Shown here in pieces: positions 8,193 to 18,307 of a stretch of DNA of 64,000 nucleotides. Under the pieces are notes generated by a model. That model did no database searches. It was not told the origin of the DNA and saw nothing but the letters and a program-made list of their open reading frames with translations. Each line of letters opens with the position of its first letter. The first letter of the stretch is position 1. Source of the DNA: an uncultured Armatimonadetes bacterium (lineage in GTDB: Bacteria; Armatimonadota; UBA5829; DTJY01); NCBI GenBank assembly GCA_963717145.1, contig OY970325.1:2432001-2496000 (forward strand), in the 5' to 3' direction. The position numbers and the translations under genes were made by a program.

Positions 8193-9005
8193 CTAAGACC
8201 TACGAGCGGCGACGAGCCAATTGGTGTATCGGGAACCGAGCAGATTGTCTATGCCGACTCCACCTCGGGATGAGGACGAGTGGATGAACATGCCGTTGCC
8301 CATGTATATGCCCGCATGGTCGACCGCGCCACCCTTGCAGCAGAAGTAGAGCCGATCGCCGGCCTGAAGCTGGCTGAACGACACAGCCGTCCCAACGTTC
8401 GCCTGGTCCCGCGCGACTCTCGGCAGGCTGACACCGTGGCTGGCGAAGACGGCTTTGACGAACCCGGAGCAGTCCAGGCCACTGAATGAATAGCCGCCCC
8501 AAACATACGGGATGCCGAGGTATTTGATCGCGGTGTTGACGACCTGACTGCCCGATGCGCTCGACGCGGTCTGCGTGCCGACAACCTGGTAGTCGAGCAG
8601 GCTCACCGATTTCTTCGCGATCCATCCGGTGCTCCCGTTGGACATCAGGACGCCGTACCAGGCGCTGTTTTCGCCGACAATGGCGATATAGGTGTCCTTC
8701 GAGCACGTGTAGTACGTGCGGCCCTTCGAACTCGGGACTGACTCGATGTCCGCCTTGGCGGAGATGATAACGCCGACCCGGCCGATGGGCGCTTCTTTGC
8801 CTGAGGCCTTGGTCTGAGTCTCCGCTCGGTACTGCTGCGTGGAGGCGTTCGCTCTGGTTGCGCCCGTCGTCTCGTGATTCAAGCGCATTTCCGCGCTCTT
8901 CGACGGCGACGCATCGAGAGTTATGGTGAGAGTCTGTTCTGCAACCGCACAGGATCCGAGGATGGCAAGAAGCGCCAACCCCGGTAGTATCAACCTTCGC
9001 AACAT
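8193..9005 (-). CDS. secreted SH3-like + NlpC/P60 peptidoglycan endopeptidase
   Basis: Signal peptide; WYGVLMSNGSTGWI; YLGIPYVWGG, DCSGFV, HAGIY, FIHS catalytic motifs. Confidence 0.9.
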   Translation of the reverse strand: MLRRLILPGLALLAILGSCAVAEQTLTITLDASPSKSAEMRLNHETTGATRANASTQQYRAETQTKASGKEAPIGRVGVIISAKADIESVPSSKGRTYYTCSKDTYIAIVGENSAWYGVLMSNGSTGWIAKKSVSLLDYQVVGTQTASSASGSQVVNTAIKYLGIPYVWGGYSFSGLDCSGFVKAVFASHGVSLPRVARDQANVGTAVSFSQLQAGDRLYFCCKGGAVDHAGIYMGNGMFIHSSSSRGGVGIDNLLGSRYTNWLVAARRS

Positions 9006-9233
9006 TAAGTGCCCCCAGGAACCGGTATCTTTGGGTATATTCCCAAACAGAGGCAAGCGCTAACCATCTGAGCATGCCTCTGTATGATTATCGGCTCGGT
9101 AACGGCAAGAACCGTATACCTCGGCAACAATATCCGGCAGATATGCCTGGTGCGCCCTCTTGCGGCGCTGAAAAACGTCCAGGCCTGCCAATCTATAGAC
9201 GACGGAATCGGCCCCGCATGTTCCGTGCGGTCC

Positions 9234-9263
9234 TGGAGTGCGGTGTCGAGCCACCGCACTCCA
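9234..9263. repeat. single family-B REP hairpin just after the rpsI stop
   Basis: TGGAGTGCGGTGTCGAGCCACCGCACTCCA. Confidence 0.8.
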
Positions 9264-9269
9264 AAACGA

Positions 9270-9665
9270 TTAGCGCTTTGAGAACTGGAACGCGCGCCGT
9301 GCTCTCTTGCGGCCGTATTTCTTGCGCTCCTTGACTCGCGGGTCTCTGGTCAGGAAACCGAGACGGCGCAGAACGGTGCGATACTCGGGATCGGCCTCGA
9401 TGAGCGCCTTGGAGATCCCGTGGCGAATCGCGCCGGCCTGGCCGGATATGCCACCGCCCAAGACGTCGGCTCGGACGTCGAACCTGCCGGAAGCCTCGAC
9501 TGCCTCCATCGGCTGAACGATCAGCATCTCGAGCGTCTTGCGCCCGAGATACGCCTCAGCAGTCCGACCGTTGACGGTGATCGCGCCGGTGCCCGGCGAC
9601 AGCCATATCTTCGCGGTGGCGTTCTTCCTGTGACCCGTAGCGTAGTATCTTGCGTCTTTTGCCAC
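9270..9665 (-). CDS. rpsI: 30S ribosomal protein S9
   Basis: [25 protein letters not shown]. Confidence 0.98.
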   Translation of the reverse strand: MAKDARYYATGHRKNATAKIWLSPGTGAITVNGRTAEAYLGRKTLEMLIVQPMEAVEASGRFDVRADVLGGGISGQAGAIRHGISKALIEADPEYRTVLRRLGFLTRDPRVKERKKYGRKRARRAFQFSKR

Positions 9666-9678
9666 TAAGATGTTCCTC

Positions 9679-10107
9679 CTAAATCTCCAGAGCCTCGGGC
9701 TGCTGCGCCTCGTGGGGATGCTCGGCGCCTCTGTAAACCCTCAGCTTCTTAAGCATGAGCGCCCCCAATGTGTTGTGCGGGAGCATACCCTTCACAACCT
9801 TCATGAGCAGCTTTTCAGGCTTGTCTGCCAGCATTCGGCCGTAGGTGGTGCTTCGGATGCCGCCCGGATACTGGGTATGCCAGTAGATCGGCGCGTCGGG
9901 CTTGCTGCGGCCGGTCATGACGACCTTGTCTGCGTTGATGATGATGACATGGTCCCCGGTGTCGATGTGCGGCGTGAAAATCGGCTTGTGCTTGCCGCGC
10001 AGTATCTTCGCGACTTGTGAGGCAAGGCGACCCATCGACTTCCCCTCAGCGTCGACGACATACCATTTCCGCACGATATCCTTTGGTTTTGCCGTGTATG
10101 TCCTCAT
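9679..10107 (-). CDS. rplM: 50S ribosomal protein L13
   Basis: [29 protein letters not shown]. Confidence 0.98.
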   Translation of the reverse strand: MRTYTAKPKDIVRKWYVVDAEGKSMGRLASQVAKILRGKHKPIFTPHIDTGDHVIIINADKVVMTGRSKPDAPIYWHTQYPGGIRSTTYGRMLADKPEKLLMKVVKGMLPHNTLGALMLKKLRVYRGAEHPHEAQQPEALEI

Positions 10108-10120
10108 GTTGCTACTCTCC

Positions 10121-10855
10121 CTAGTACTCCACATTGGTCAGGCACAATCCCTGTGGCGGGGCGCTCACACCGGCCGCCTGCCGGTCGCACGCATCGAGGA
10201 TGACTGATATCTCCTCGACGCGGCGCTTGCCCTGCCCGACCTCGACGATTGTGCCGATGATCGCTCTCGCCATGCCTGTCAGAAATGCATTCGCCTTGAT
10301 GACGAACAGAATCTGCTCTCTGTCCCTGCAGACCGTAATGCCTGCTAAGTGCCTGATCGTGCTTCCACCGCGCCGATAAGGCATCCCGAACGAGGCGAAA
10401 TCCCTCGTGCCCTCGAAATATCCGCTCGCTGCGGCCATCGCCTGCATATCGAGCGGCTGAACTATGTGCCAAGCATACCGCCCCATGATCGCGCACGGCT
10501 CCGGCGTGTTGAGCACCGTATAGACGTAGGTCCTCAGTTTCGCCGAGCGCCTCGCATGGAAGCTCTCGGGCGCTTCCTCGCAGCGCTTGATCCGAATGTC
10601 CGGTGACAGCCGGCCGTTCATTACGGTAACAAGGTTCGCGGTCGGGATCGATCCGGGCGCGCGGAGGTTCACCACTTGCCCGGTCGCATGTACTCCGGCG
10701 TCGGTCCGACCGGCTCCGACGACCTGAATCGGTCCTCCGAAGACCGCCTCCGCGGCGGCTTCGAGTTCCCCCTGCACCGTGCGCTTCGACGGCTGCTTCT
10801 GGAATCCGTAGAAGTCAGTGCCGTCATACCCGATGGTCGCCTTCACGTTGCGCAC
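10121..10855 (-). CDS. truA: tRNA pseudouridine(38-40) synthase
   Basis: [29 protein letters not shown]. Confidence 0.96.
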   Translation of the reverse strand: MRNVKATIGYDGTDFYGFQKQPSKRTVQGELEAAAEAVFGGPIQVVGAGRTDAGVHATGQVVNLRAPGSIPTANLVTVMNGRLSPDIRIKRCEEAPESFHARRSAKLRTYVYTVLNTPEPCAIMGRYAWHIVQPLDMQAMAAASGYFEGTRDFASFGMPYRRGGSTIRHLAGITVCRDREQILFVIKANAFLTGMARAIIGTIVEVGQGKRRVEEISVILDACDRQAAGVSAPPQGLCLTNVEY

Positions 10856-11211
10856 TAGTCGGCGGCCAACTCCAGCTTGACCATCGGAGCGGCATCGCCT
10901 CTCCGGAAGCCGATCTTAGTGATCCGGGTGTATCCTCCCGGCTTGGCGGAAAACTTGGGCGCGATAGTATCGAACAGAACCTTCACGAGATCCTCGTCGT
11001 TCAGCACGCGGCGAGCCTGCCTGCGAGAGTGCAGGTCGTTTGTCCTCGCGATGGTGATAATCTTCTCGGCGATGCTGCGCACATCCTTGGCCCTGGTTTC
11101 AGTGGTGCGAATCTCGCCCCGTTCGATGAGGGCGCGCACGAGTCCTTTGAGAAGGGCTCTCCGCTGATCACTCGGCAGACCGAATTTTCTCCCTGCTACT
11201 CTATGTCGCAT
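10855..11211 (-). CDS. rplQ: 50S ribosomal protein L17
   Basis: MRHR, GGYTRI, RRGDAAPM. Confidence 0.98.
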   Translation of the reverse strand: MRHRVAGRKFGLPSDQRRALLKGLVRALIERGEIRTTETRAKDVRSIAEKIITIARTNDLHSRRQARRVLNDEDLVKVLFDTIAPKFSAKPGGYTRITKIGFRRGDAAPMVKLELAAD

Positions 11212-11233
11212 TCGTCGTCACTTCACCTTTCAG

Positions 11234-11298
11234 GTAGTGGCCGTGCCTCCGTGCCGGCCAGGTCACCCCGACGGCCGGCACTGAGGCACGGCCACTAC
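11234..11298. repeat. family A REP-like inverted pair
   Basis: Same arms as 773-875. Confidence 0.9.
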
Positions 11299-11309
11299 AG
11301 ATAGCTCAA

Positions 11310-12395
11310 TCATTCGGCCTCTGCCGAGATCTCTTCCTCTGCGACCTCGTCCTCTGCCTCATCCTCGCCCTCGTCCTCGATCTCGTTCTCTTCCGACTCA
11401 GGCGCTCCTTCGACGACTTCAGGAGGGACCGCACCCTCTTCGCCGACCTTCTTGAGGCTCAAGCCGAGTTGCGCGAGCTTATCCTTGACCTCATTCAACG
11501 ACTTGCGGCCGAAGTTGCGGATGTTCATCAGATCCTGCTCGCTGATCTGCACAAGCTCGCCGATGGTCAGGATGTTGGCCTTCTTCAGGCAGTTATAGGT
11601 TCGCACGGAGAAATCGAGTTCTTCGATCCTGGCATCCGGCGCTCTGATCTCGGACTCCTCGCCGAAGAGATCATCGCCCTCATAGGCAGTCGGGCCTCTC
11701 CCACCGGCAAAGTCGGTGAACATCCGAACGTGCCTGTCGAGCGTTCTGGCAGCCTCGCCGAGCGCCTCGATCGGCTGCATCGTGCCGTTCGTCCAGATCT
11801 CGAGAACGAGTCGTTCGAAATCCGACCTGTGGCCGACCCGCGTCGGTTCGACGATGTAGTTGGCCCTGCTTACCGGAGTGAACGCAGCCCCGACCGGAAT
11901 GACGCCGATGATCGGCTTGACCTTCTCCTGTTTGTCCGGCAGCACATATCCCTTGCCAAGCTCGACGGTCATTTCCATGGAGAGCGAAGCCGACTCGTCG
12001 CTGATCGTGGCGACGTAGGCCTCCGGATTCGCGACCTCGACGCCGGCTGGAGTGCGGATGTCCGCCCCTGTGACTTCGCCGGCGCCCTTCACGTCGATCC
12101 AGATCGTCTTCGGTTCTCTGGAAGACCCGTCATGCTCCATCTTGACGTGAATGCTCTTCAGGTTCAGAAGAAGCTCCGTGGTGTCTTCCTTCACGCCCGG
12201 GATCGTCGAGAACTCGTGCAGCACGCCATCGATCTTCACCGAAGTAATGGCAGCCCCGGTTATCGAGGACAGCAGTATGCGGCGAAGTGCATTGCCCAGC
12301 GTGACGCCGAACCCTCTCTCCAGCGGCTCGATGTCGAACTTGCCATATGTTTCTGCCTGTTCCAGTGCCTTGATGCCAGGCGCAATCTGTTCCAT
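11310..12395 (-). CDS. rpoA: RNA polymerase alpha subunit with acidic C-terminal tail
   Basis: EPLERGFGVTLGNALRRILLSS, SVRTYNCLK, RNFGRKS. Confidence 0.98.
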   Translation of the reverse strand: MEQIAPGIKALEQAETYGKFDIEPLERGFGVTLGNALRRILLSSITGAAITSVKIDGVLHEFSTIPGVKEDTTELLLNLKSIHVKMEHDGSSREPKTIWIDVKGAGEVTGADIRTPAGVEVANPEAYVATISDESASLSMEMTVELGKGYVLPDKQEKVKPIIGVIPVGAAFTPVSRANYIVEPTRVGHRSDFERLVLEIWTNGTMQPIEALGEAARTLDRHVRMFTDFAGGRGPTAYEGDDLFGEESEIRAPDARIEELDFSVRTYNCLKKANILTIGELVQISEQDLMNIRNFGRKSLNEVKDKLAQLGLSLKKVGEEGAVPPEVVEGAPESEENEIEDEGEDEAEDEVAEEEISAEAE

Positions 12396-12454
12396 AGTGT
12401 TATCTCCAATCCCCAGAAACTGGGACTACCGTTACTCATTCCTCGAACACGCAT

Positions 12455-12518
12455 GTAGCCCAGATCCCTGCGGGGCCTCGAACCTGGACTCGCCAACGGG
12501 CGCAATGCCCGGGACTAC
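12455..12518. repeat. degenerate GTAG...CTAC-bounded element
   Basis: Starts GTAGCCC and ends GGGACTAC; a further GGGACTAC end lies at about 12422-12429. Confidence 0.4.
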
Positions 12519-12525
12519 GGCTAGG

Positions 12526-13155
12526 CTATCTGGAGTAGAACTCCACTATGAGAGTCTCCCGTACGTCCGTATCGATCTCATCGCGAGTGGGAATGCGAAG
12601 AACCGAACCTCTCCTGGCCTCAGGGTTGATCTCGAGCCACGATGGGCTCCGTGAACCGGCTGACGATTGGAGCGACTCCATGATCGGATGAAGATTCTTG
12701 CTCGACTCTTTGACCTCGATCACATCTCCCGGCTTGAGGATATACGAAGCAGTGTTGACCTTCCGTCCATTCACCTGGAAATGGGCGTGGCTGACCAACT
12801 CGCGAGCCTGCCGACGTGAGCATGCGAACCCGAGTCTGTAGACGGCGTTGTCCAAACGCAGTTCCAGCAACTGGAGCACTACCTCGCCGGTGATCCCGGT
12901 CTGGCGCATGGCTTCCTTCATATAACCGCGGAACTGCCCCTCGATGACACCATAGATTCGGCGCAGTTTCTGCTTCTCACGGAGCTGAACGCCATACTCC
13001 TTGATCTTCCTCTGGACGACCTGTCCGTGCTGACCGGGAGCGTAGCTCCTCCGCTCGAAGGAGCACTTCCTGGTGTAGCATCTCTCGCCCTTGAGGAAGA
13101 GCTTCGCGCCCTCTCGCCGACAGAGCCTGCATACGGATTCTGCTATTACAACCAT
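12526..13155 (-). CDS. rpsD: 30S ribosomal protein S4 (Cys/Zn form)
   Basis: CRLCRREG, PGQHG, QLREKQK, LIVEFYSR. Confidence 0.98.
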   Translation of the reverse strand: MVVIAESVCRLCRREGAKLFLKGERCYTRKCSFERRSYAPGQHGQVVQRKIKEYGVQLREKQKLRRIYGVIEGQFRGYMKEAMRQTGITGEVVLQLLELRLDNAVYRLGFACSRRQARELVSHAHFQVNGRKVNTASYILKPGDVIEVKESSKNLHPIMESLQSSAGSRSPSWLEINPEARRGSVLRIPTRDEIDTDVRETLIVEFYSR

Positions 13156-13175
13156 GTCTTCTACTCTCCTCAGCC

Positions 13176-13568
13176 CTATACTCTACGTCTCTTCGGCGGG
13201 CGGCAACCATTGTGCGGGATGGGCGTAACGTCCTTGATTGTGCTGACATCGAGACCCACGGCCTGGAGCGACCTGATGGCGGTCTCCCGACCGGAACCCG
13301 GACCCTTGACGTAAACGTCGACTCTCTTCAAGCCATGCTCCATAGCCTTGCGCGCAGCGGACTCGGCGGCCAACTGAGCCGCGAATGGAGTCCCCTTCCG
13401 GGAGCCTTTGAAGCCGACGGTCCCCGCACTCGCCCACGATATCACGTCGCCTTTCGCATCTGCTATCGCCACAACGGTATTGTTGAAAGTGGACTTGATA
13501 TGGGCGATGCCCTGGACGATATTCTTCTTCTCTTTTTGCTTGCCTCTCGCCGATACTTTCTTAGCCAA
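13176..13568 (-). CDS. rpsK: 30S ribosomal protein S11
   Basis: [26 protein letters not shown]. Confidence 0.98.
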   Translation of the reverse strand: MAKKVSARGKQKEKKNIVQGIAHIKSTFNNTVVAIADAKGDVISWASAGTVGFKGSRKGTPFAAQLAAESAARKAMEHGLKRVDVYVKGPGSGRETAIRSLQAVGLDVSTIKDVTPIPHNGCRPPKRRRV

Positions 13569-13580
13569 TCGGAATCCTCC

Positions 13581-13952
13581 TTATTTCTTTCGCCTGATGC
13601 CGACGGTCCGTCTCGGGCCTTTTCGGGTACGAGCGTTCGTACTGGTCCTCTGGCCTCGGACGGGCAGCCCACGACGGTGTCGCAAGCCTCGGTACGATCC
13701 GATTTCCATCAGACGGCGGATATTGAGCGATACCTGGCGCTTGAGGTCGCCTTCCACGCGGAAATCGCGGTCGATCGTCTCCCTCAGTTTGTTGATCTCG
13801 GCTTCGGTCAGGTCGCGCACCCGAGTCGCGGGGGCAATACCCGTACCGGTCAGGATCTTCCTGCTGCTGGTAAGACCGATGCCGAAGATATACGTCAGTG
13901 CTGTTTCGATGTTCTTGTCACGAGGGAGATCGACTCCCGCAATTCTAGCCAA
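13581..13952 (-). CDS. rpsM: 30S ribosomal protein S13
   Basis: [19 protein letters not shown]. Confidence 0.98.
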   Translation of the reverse strand: MARIAGVDLPRDKNIETALTYIFGIGLTSSRKILTGTGIAPATRVRDLTEAEINKLRETIDRDFRVEGDLKRQVSLNIRRLMEIGSYRGLRHRRGLPVRGQRTSTNARTRKGPRRTVGIRRKK

Positions 13953-13967
13953 GGGTTGTGCCTCCGT

Positions 13968-14081
13968 TTAGCCTTGTCGCTGCTTATGCTTCGGTTTGTC
14001 GCAAATGACCCGCACGACGCCCTCGCGGCGGATCACCTTACACTTATCACAGATCTTCTTTACAGATGCTCGAACTTTCAA
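13968..14081 (-). CDS. rpmJ: 50S ribosomal protein L36 (37 aa, TTG start; below the ORF-track size cutoff)
   Basis: Manual translation [37 protein letters not shown]. Confidence 0.97.
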   Translation of the reverse strand: MKVRASVKKICDKCKVIRREGVVRVICDKPKHKQRQG

Positions 14082-14123
14082 CTTGACTGCCTCCGGATCT
14101 GCACGACGCCGTGCCAACCCTTG

Positions 14124-14152
14124 ATTATATCTGAAAACTCACGCTTTTGCAA
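14124..14152 (-). promoter_or_regulatory. sigma70 promoter for the rpmJ-alpha operon
   Basis: TTGCAA-17 nt-TATAAT. Confidence 0.75.
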
Positions 14153-14180
14153 GTACTCCGCCCGATCGGCTTATCCGCCA

Positions 14181-14948
14181 CTAGGCCGGTGTCTCTCCAT
14201 CCTGGAGAGTCAGGATGTCCGGGCCGGACTTCGTCACCGCCACGGTGTGCTCGAAATGAGCCGACAACCTTCGATCGCGCGTCACGACGGTCCATCTATC
14301 GGGCAGCCCCTCGACCTGATGTCCTCCGAGGTTCACCATCGGCTCGATGGCAAGGGTCATCCCCGCTTCGAGTCGCGGCCCCCGTCCGGGACGCCCGAAG
14401 TTCGGGACCTGCGGGTCCTCATGCAGGTCTCGCCCGATCCCATGACCGACGAGATCGCGAACTACCGAGTAGCCGTGAGACTCGGCGTACTGCTGAATCG
14501 CGTTCGAGATATCCGTCAGCCTGTTCCCTACTCTGGCCTGCCGAATGCCGCTGAAGAGCGACCCTCGGGCGACTTTCAGCAGCCTCGCGGCCTCCGAAGA
14601 GACATCTCCGATGGGGATCGTGATCGCCGAATCGCCGTGATAGCCGTCGACGATCGCCCCAAGGTCTACTCCGATGATATCGCCTTCGTTGAGCACTTTC
14701 GGACCTGGAATGCCGTGGACGACTTCCTCGTTCACGGCCACACAGAGCACTGTAGGGTAGCCTCTGTAACCTTTGAACGATGGAATCGCTCCGCTGCTCT
14801 CCAGGAACTCCTCGGCCAACCTGTCCAGATCGGCTGTGGTCGTCTTGCCCGGCACGATCGATTCCCTGATCGCCACCAACGCGGCTGCCACAACGCTCCC
14901 CGCGGCCCGCATCTTCTCGATTTCCGCGTTGCTCTTCAGTATGATCAT
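14181..14948 (-). CDS. map: methionine aminopeptidase
   Basis: VNEEVVHGIP, GHGIG, IEPMVN, SAHFEHT. Confidence 0.97.
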   Translation of the reverse strand: MIILKSNAEIEKMRAAGSVVAAALVAIRESIVPGKTTTADLDRLAEEFLESSGAIPSFKGYRGYPTVLCVAVNEEVVHGIPGPKVLNEGDIIGVDLGAIVDGYHGDSAITIPIGDVSSEAARLLKVARGSLFSGIRQARVGNRLTDISNAIQQYAESHGYSVVRDLVGHGIGRDLHEDPQVPNFGRPGRGPRLEAGMTLAIEPMVNLGGHQVEGLPDRWTVVTRDRRLSAHFEHTVAVTKSGPDILTLQDGETPA

Positions 14949-14963
14949 GCCGGCGACCAGCCG

Positions 14964-15039
14964 GGAATGGTTGATGTCTGATGGCTGATGGTTGATGGGG
15001 ATGCCATCAACCATTGACCATCAACCATCAACCATTCCC
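14964..15039. repeat. inverted heptamer arrays overlapping the adk 3' end
   Basis: ATGGTTG-like heptamers then CCATCAA-like heptamers; they supply the final adk codons GMVDG*. Confidence 0.8.
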
Positions 15040-15659
15040 AGCTTCTCCCTAACCAGGCCGAATATCTCCTCTACGCTTCCCGTGGCAGGTATCCTGATCA
15101 GGACACCTGCTCGGTCGTAGTAATCTATCAAAGGCGCTGTCTGTGCGCGGTAGACCTCGAGCCTGCGCTCTATGGCTTCAGGCTGGTCGTCCGCCCGGGT
15201 GATCAGCTCACCCTCGCATTTTCCGCACGTTTTCGAATCGGTCGCCCCATAGGTGGCGCCGCACGATCCGCAGACCCGTCGCCCGCTCAGTCGTCGAACG
15301 AGTTCCTCGTCCGGCACTTCGAAGCTCATGACGGCGTCCAGGCAGTCCCCGCTCTCGGAGAGCGCCTTGTCGAGCGCCTCGGCCTGGGCGACGGTCCGAG
15401 GAAAGCCGTCCAGCATGAAGCCTTTCTTGTACTCCGGCTGCCGGAGACATTCCGATACGATACCGATGACGACCTGGTCCGGGACGAGTTCGCCCTTTGT
15501 CATATATGATTCGGCACGGCGGCCAAGCTCGGTGCCCTGCTTGACCGCCTCGCGCAGCATATCTCCCGTCGAGATATGCGGTATGTCGTATTCCTTCTGG
15601 ATCAGGGAGGCCTGCGTACCCTTCCCTGCGCCCGGCGGGCCCAAAAGCACCAGTTTCAT
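15021..15659 (-). CDS. adk: adenylate kinase (Zn-type LID)
   Basis: GPPGAGKGTQ, LDGFPRT, CGSC...CGKC. Confidence 0.97.
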   Translation of the reverse strand: MKLVLLGPPGAGKGTQASLIQKEYDIPHISTGDMLREAVKQGTELGRRAESYMTKGELVPDQVVIGIVSECLRQPEYKKGFMLDGFPRTVAQAEALDKALSESGDCLDAVMSFEVPDEELVRRLSGRRVCGSCGATYGATDSKTCGKCEGELITRADDQPEAIERRLEVYRAQTAPLIDYYDRAGVLIRIPATGSVEEIFGLVREKLGMVDG

Positions 15660-15661
15660 GG

Positions 15662-16939
15662 TTACTTGATGAACCCCTCGTAGTGCCTCATCAGCAGGTG
15701 AGCTTCGATGGCCTGCATGGTCTCCAGAGCTACGCCCACGACGATCAGCAGCGACGTGCCTCCGACGAGATAGAAGGTCTGCACTCCGGTGATCGCCGGC
15801 GACCAGTACTGCATCAAGGCAATCGCTGCCAGGAAGACCGCGCCGGCAAGCGTGATCCGTGACATGACGCGATCCAGAAACTCCAGCGTCGGCTTGCCGG
15901 GCCTGATGCCCGGGATGAAGCTTCCGTATTTCTTCAGGTTATCCGCTACCTCGCTGACGTTGAACGTTACAGCGGTGTAGAAGTACGTGAAGAAGATGAT
16001 CAACGCGGCATAGAAAATCGCCGCAAATGCATTGTCCGCCGGATTCGACCACTTGGCGAACCCTTGGAAGAACTGACCGAACTTGCCCGTACCCGCGAAC
16101 GGTGCGATCGTCTGCGGCAGGAGCTGCAGAGAGATCGCGAAGATGATCGGGATGACTCCCGCGGAGTTCACCCTGAGCGGCAGGAACGATGTCGACCCAC
16201 CGTAGACCTTGTGGCCGACAACCCGTTTCACGTGTTGAATGGGTATCTTGCGCTGTGCCTGCTGGATGATAACGATGCCGACCACCGTTCCGAGGAACAG
16301 AATCCCCATGCCAATGACTCGGATAGGCGCGTAGGCGCCTCCCGACATCAGTTCCCATGTGCTCAGGATCTGCGGCGGAAGGCTGGCGACAATGCCGGCG
16401 AAAATGAGCATCGAGACGCCGTTTCCGATGCCCTTGTCCGTAATCTGCTCGCCGACCCACATCAGGAACGCAGTCCCGGCGGTCAGAGTCAGCACGATCT
16501 GCAGGAATGTCAGTGTGTTGACGTTGAGGACGCCTGTGCTCATCAGGTACTTGTTCATACCGATTGCCTGGAACGCCGCGAGGAAGCCGGTGAGATACCT
16601 GGTATACTGCGATATCTTCTTGCGCCCGTGTTCGCCTTCCTTTACCAATGCTTCGAGGCTCGGGACGGCTATTGTCAGGAGCTGCATGATAATCGACGCG
16701 TTGATGTACGGAGCGATACCCATCGCGAAGACGGTATACTTCTTGAGCGCTCCGCCCGAGAACACGTCAAGCATTCCCAAGACGCCGCCACCAGCGAACA
16801 GCTCGGCCATCTTCGCCTTATCGATACCCGGTACAGGAATGTGCAGCCCGACCACGAAGATCGCAAACATCCCAAAAACGAATAGGATGCGCTTTCTCAG
16901 GTCAGGAAGCTTGAACGCTGCTATCAGTGATGCCAGCAT
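15662..16939 (-). CDS. secY: preprotein translocase SecY
   Basis: GIAPYINASII, GIGNGVS, IPGIRPG, GGTSLLIVVGV. Confidence 0.98.
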   Translation of the reverse strand: MLASLIAAFKLPDLRKRILFVFGMFAIFVVGLHIPVPGIDKAKMAELFAGGGVLGMLDVFSGGALKKYTVFAMGIAPYINASIIMQLLTIAVPSLEALVKEGEHGRKKISQYTRYLTGFLAAFQAIGMNKYLMSTGVLNVNTLTFLQIVLTLTAGTAFLMWVGEQITDKGIGNGVSMLIFAGIVASLPPQILSTWELMSGGAYAPIRVIGMGILFLGTVVGIVIIQQAQRKIPIQHVKRVVGHKVYGGSTSFLPLRVNSAGVIPIIFAISLQLLPQTIAPFAGTGKFGQFFQGFAKWSNPADNAFAAIFYAALIIFFTYFYTAVTFNVSEVADNLKKYGSFIPGIRPGKPTLEFLDRVMSRITLAGAVFLAAIALMQYWSPAITGVQTFYLVGGTSLLIVVGVALETMQAIEAHLLMRHYEGFIK

Positions 16940-16942
16940 GTC

Positions 16943-17377
16943 TTACAGTACCTCCGTCGTACCACCCTTGGCCTTGATCTTCTCTTCGGCACTCTGACTA
17001 AAATGGTGCGCGCGCACTGTGACTGCGCGATCGATGTCGCCGCGCCCAAGCACTCGCAACCCCGACCGAAGCTCGTGGATGATGCCCTTCTCCAGCAGGA
17101 GCTGAGGGGTGATGATCTCATCTTCGAGCTTGGCCAAAGTCTCAATGTTGACTATGGCATATTCTTTCTTGAATATGTTGTTGAAGCCGCGAGTGTGAGG
17201 GACCCGGCGATGAAGGGGCGTCTGTCCGCCTTCAAAACCGGCTCGAACCTTGTTCCGTGCCTTCTGGCCCTTGTGGCCCTTGCCGGCGGTCTTGCCCGTG
17301 CCCGAGCCTATCCCTCGCCCCACTCGCTTTCGCTCTCGTACAGATCCCTCCGCGGGTCTGAGTTCACTGAGTTTCAC
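16943..17377 (-). CDS. rplO: 50S ribosomal protein L15
   Basis: [17 protein letters not shown]. Confidence 0.98.
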   Translation of the reverse strand: MKLSELRPAEGSVRERKRVGRGIGSGTGKTAGKGHKGQKARNKVRAGFEGGQTPLHRRVPHTRGFNNIFKKEYAIVNIETLAKLEDEIITPQLLLEKGIIHELRSGLRVLGRGDIDRAVTVRAHHFSQSAEEKIKAKGGTTEVL

Positions 17378-17401
17378 AATCTGCCTCCTGGCTGGCTAGC
17401 T

Positions 17402-17432
17402 GTTGGGGAGGGAGTTGAACTCCCTCCCCAAC
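17402..17432. repeat. REP-like hairpin (family G)
   Basis: GTTGGGGAGGGAGTTGAACTCCCTCCCCAAC; near-identical core at 42308-42338. Confidence 0.8.
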
Positions 17433-17441
17433 GGTTACTGG

Positions 17442-17618
17442 TCAATCTACCTGCTCGACTTCCACCAGATGAGTGACCTTCCGGATCATCCCGCGGATCT
17501 GCGGGTTGTCCGGCTGGACCTTGGAGGAATTGAGCTTGCCCAGACCGAGCGCCTTGACGGTCAGTTTCTGGGTCTTTTCGAATCCTATCGTGCTCTTTCT
17601 CAGAGTGATCTTAAGCAT
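17442..17618 (-). CDS. rpmD: 50S ribosomal protein L30
   Basis: [27 protein letters not shown]. Confidence 0.96.
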   Translation of the reverse strand: MLKITLRKSTIGFEKTQKLTVKALGLGKLNSSKVQPDNPQIRGMIRKVTHLVEVEQVD

Positions 17619-18214
17619 TCTCCTGACCCTCCGCCGCGACGACCGCAGTCTCCTCGCCCTCGGCTTCGGGCGCCCGGGACTCCGCTGGCCGCGGCCATGG
17701 TCCTCAGAACACCCTTGGGGAGCATATCCTCGATGGACTTCCCTCTGAGCCGGGCGACGTCTTCGGCCCTCTTCAACTGGCGCAACCCGTCCATGGTGGC
17801 ATGTGCCGTGTTGATCGCGTTGGACGAGCCCAGCGACTTGCCGAGCACATCGCGAACTCCCGCGCACTCGAGGATCGCTCTGACCGAACCGCCGGCGACG
17901 ACTCCCGTGCCGGGAGCGGCGGGCTTCATCAGGACCAGAGATGCTCCTGCGGTGCCCTGAACCTGGTGGGGAATGGTCGAACCGACGAACGGTACCTCGT
18001 AGAGGTTCTTCTTCGCATCCTCCATGCTCTTTCGCACCGCATCCGGAACGCTTCGAGCCTTGCCGAGCCCGATCCCGACGTGTCCGTTGTGGTCGCCGAC
18101 GACTGAGAGCACGCTCCAACTGAGGGTGCGTCCACCCTTGTGGGTCTTCTGCACCTTGTTGGTTCGTATGACGCGCTCTTCGAGGTCGAGCAAATCTGCT
18201 TTGATCTTCGGCAT
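17600..18214 (-). CDS. rpsE: 30S ribosomal protein S5 (extreme C-terminus probably frameshifted by an indel)
   Basis: [27 protein letters not shown]. Confidence 0.96.
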   Translation of the reverse strand: MPKIKADLLDLEERVIRTNKVQKTHKGGRTLSWSVLSVVGDHNGHVGIGLGKARSVPDAVRKSMEDAKKNLYEVPFVGSTIPHQVQGTAGASLVLMKPAAPGTGVVAGGSVRAILECAGVRDVLGKSLGSSNAINTAHATMDGLRQLKRAEDVARLRGKSIEDMLPKGVLRTMAAASGVPGARSRGRGDCGRRGGGSGECLRSL

Positions 18215-18230
18215 AGAAATCCTCCTAGAA

Positions 18231-18292
18231 CCGTAGGGGAGACCTTCCACGGTCTCCCGTGTCGGGCGGGCATTGAAGCACCGCCCCTACGG
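18231..18292. repeat. GTAGGG...CCCTAC REP-like pair
   Basis: CCGTAGGGGAGACC ... CCGCCCCTACGG. Confidence 0.7.
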
Positions 18293-18307
18293 AATATATC
18301 TGCTTCC

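Noticed and set aside
9085-9120. GCCGATAA sigma28-like -10 element upstream of the NlpC/P60 gene
   Set aside because: There is no TAAA -35 element at the expected spacing.
13212-14981. Long plus-strand ORFs (also 20402-22198, 24358-25986, 54537-56426 and others)
   Set aside because: These are antisense shadows of confident minus-strand genes, common in high-GC DNA, and show no recognisable motifs.
17600-17690. Arg/Gly-rich S5 C-terminus overlapping rpmD
   Set aside because: A one-base shift gives [20 protein letters not shown] ending over the rpmD start, so an indel error is more likely.
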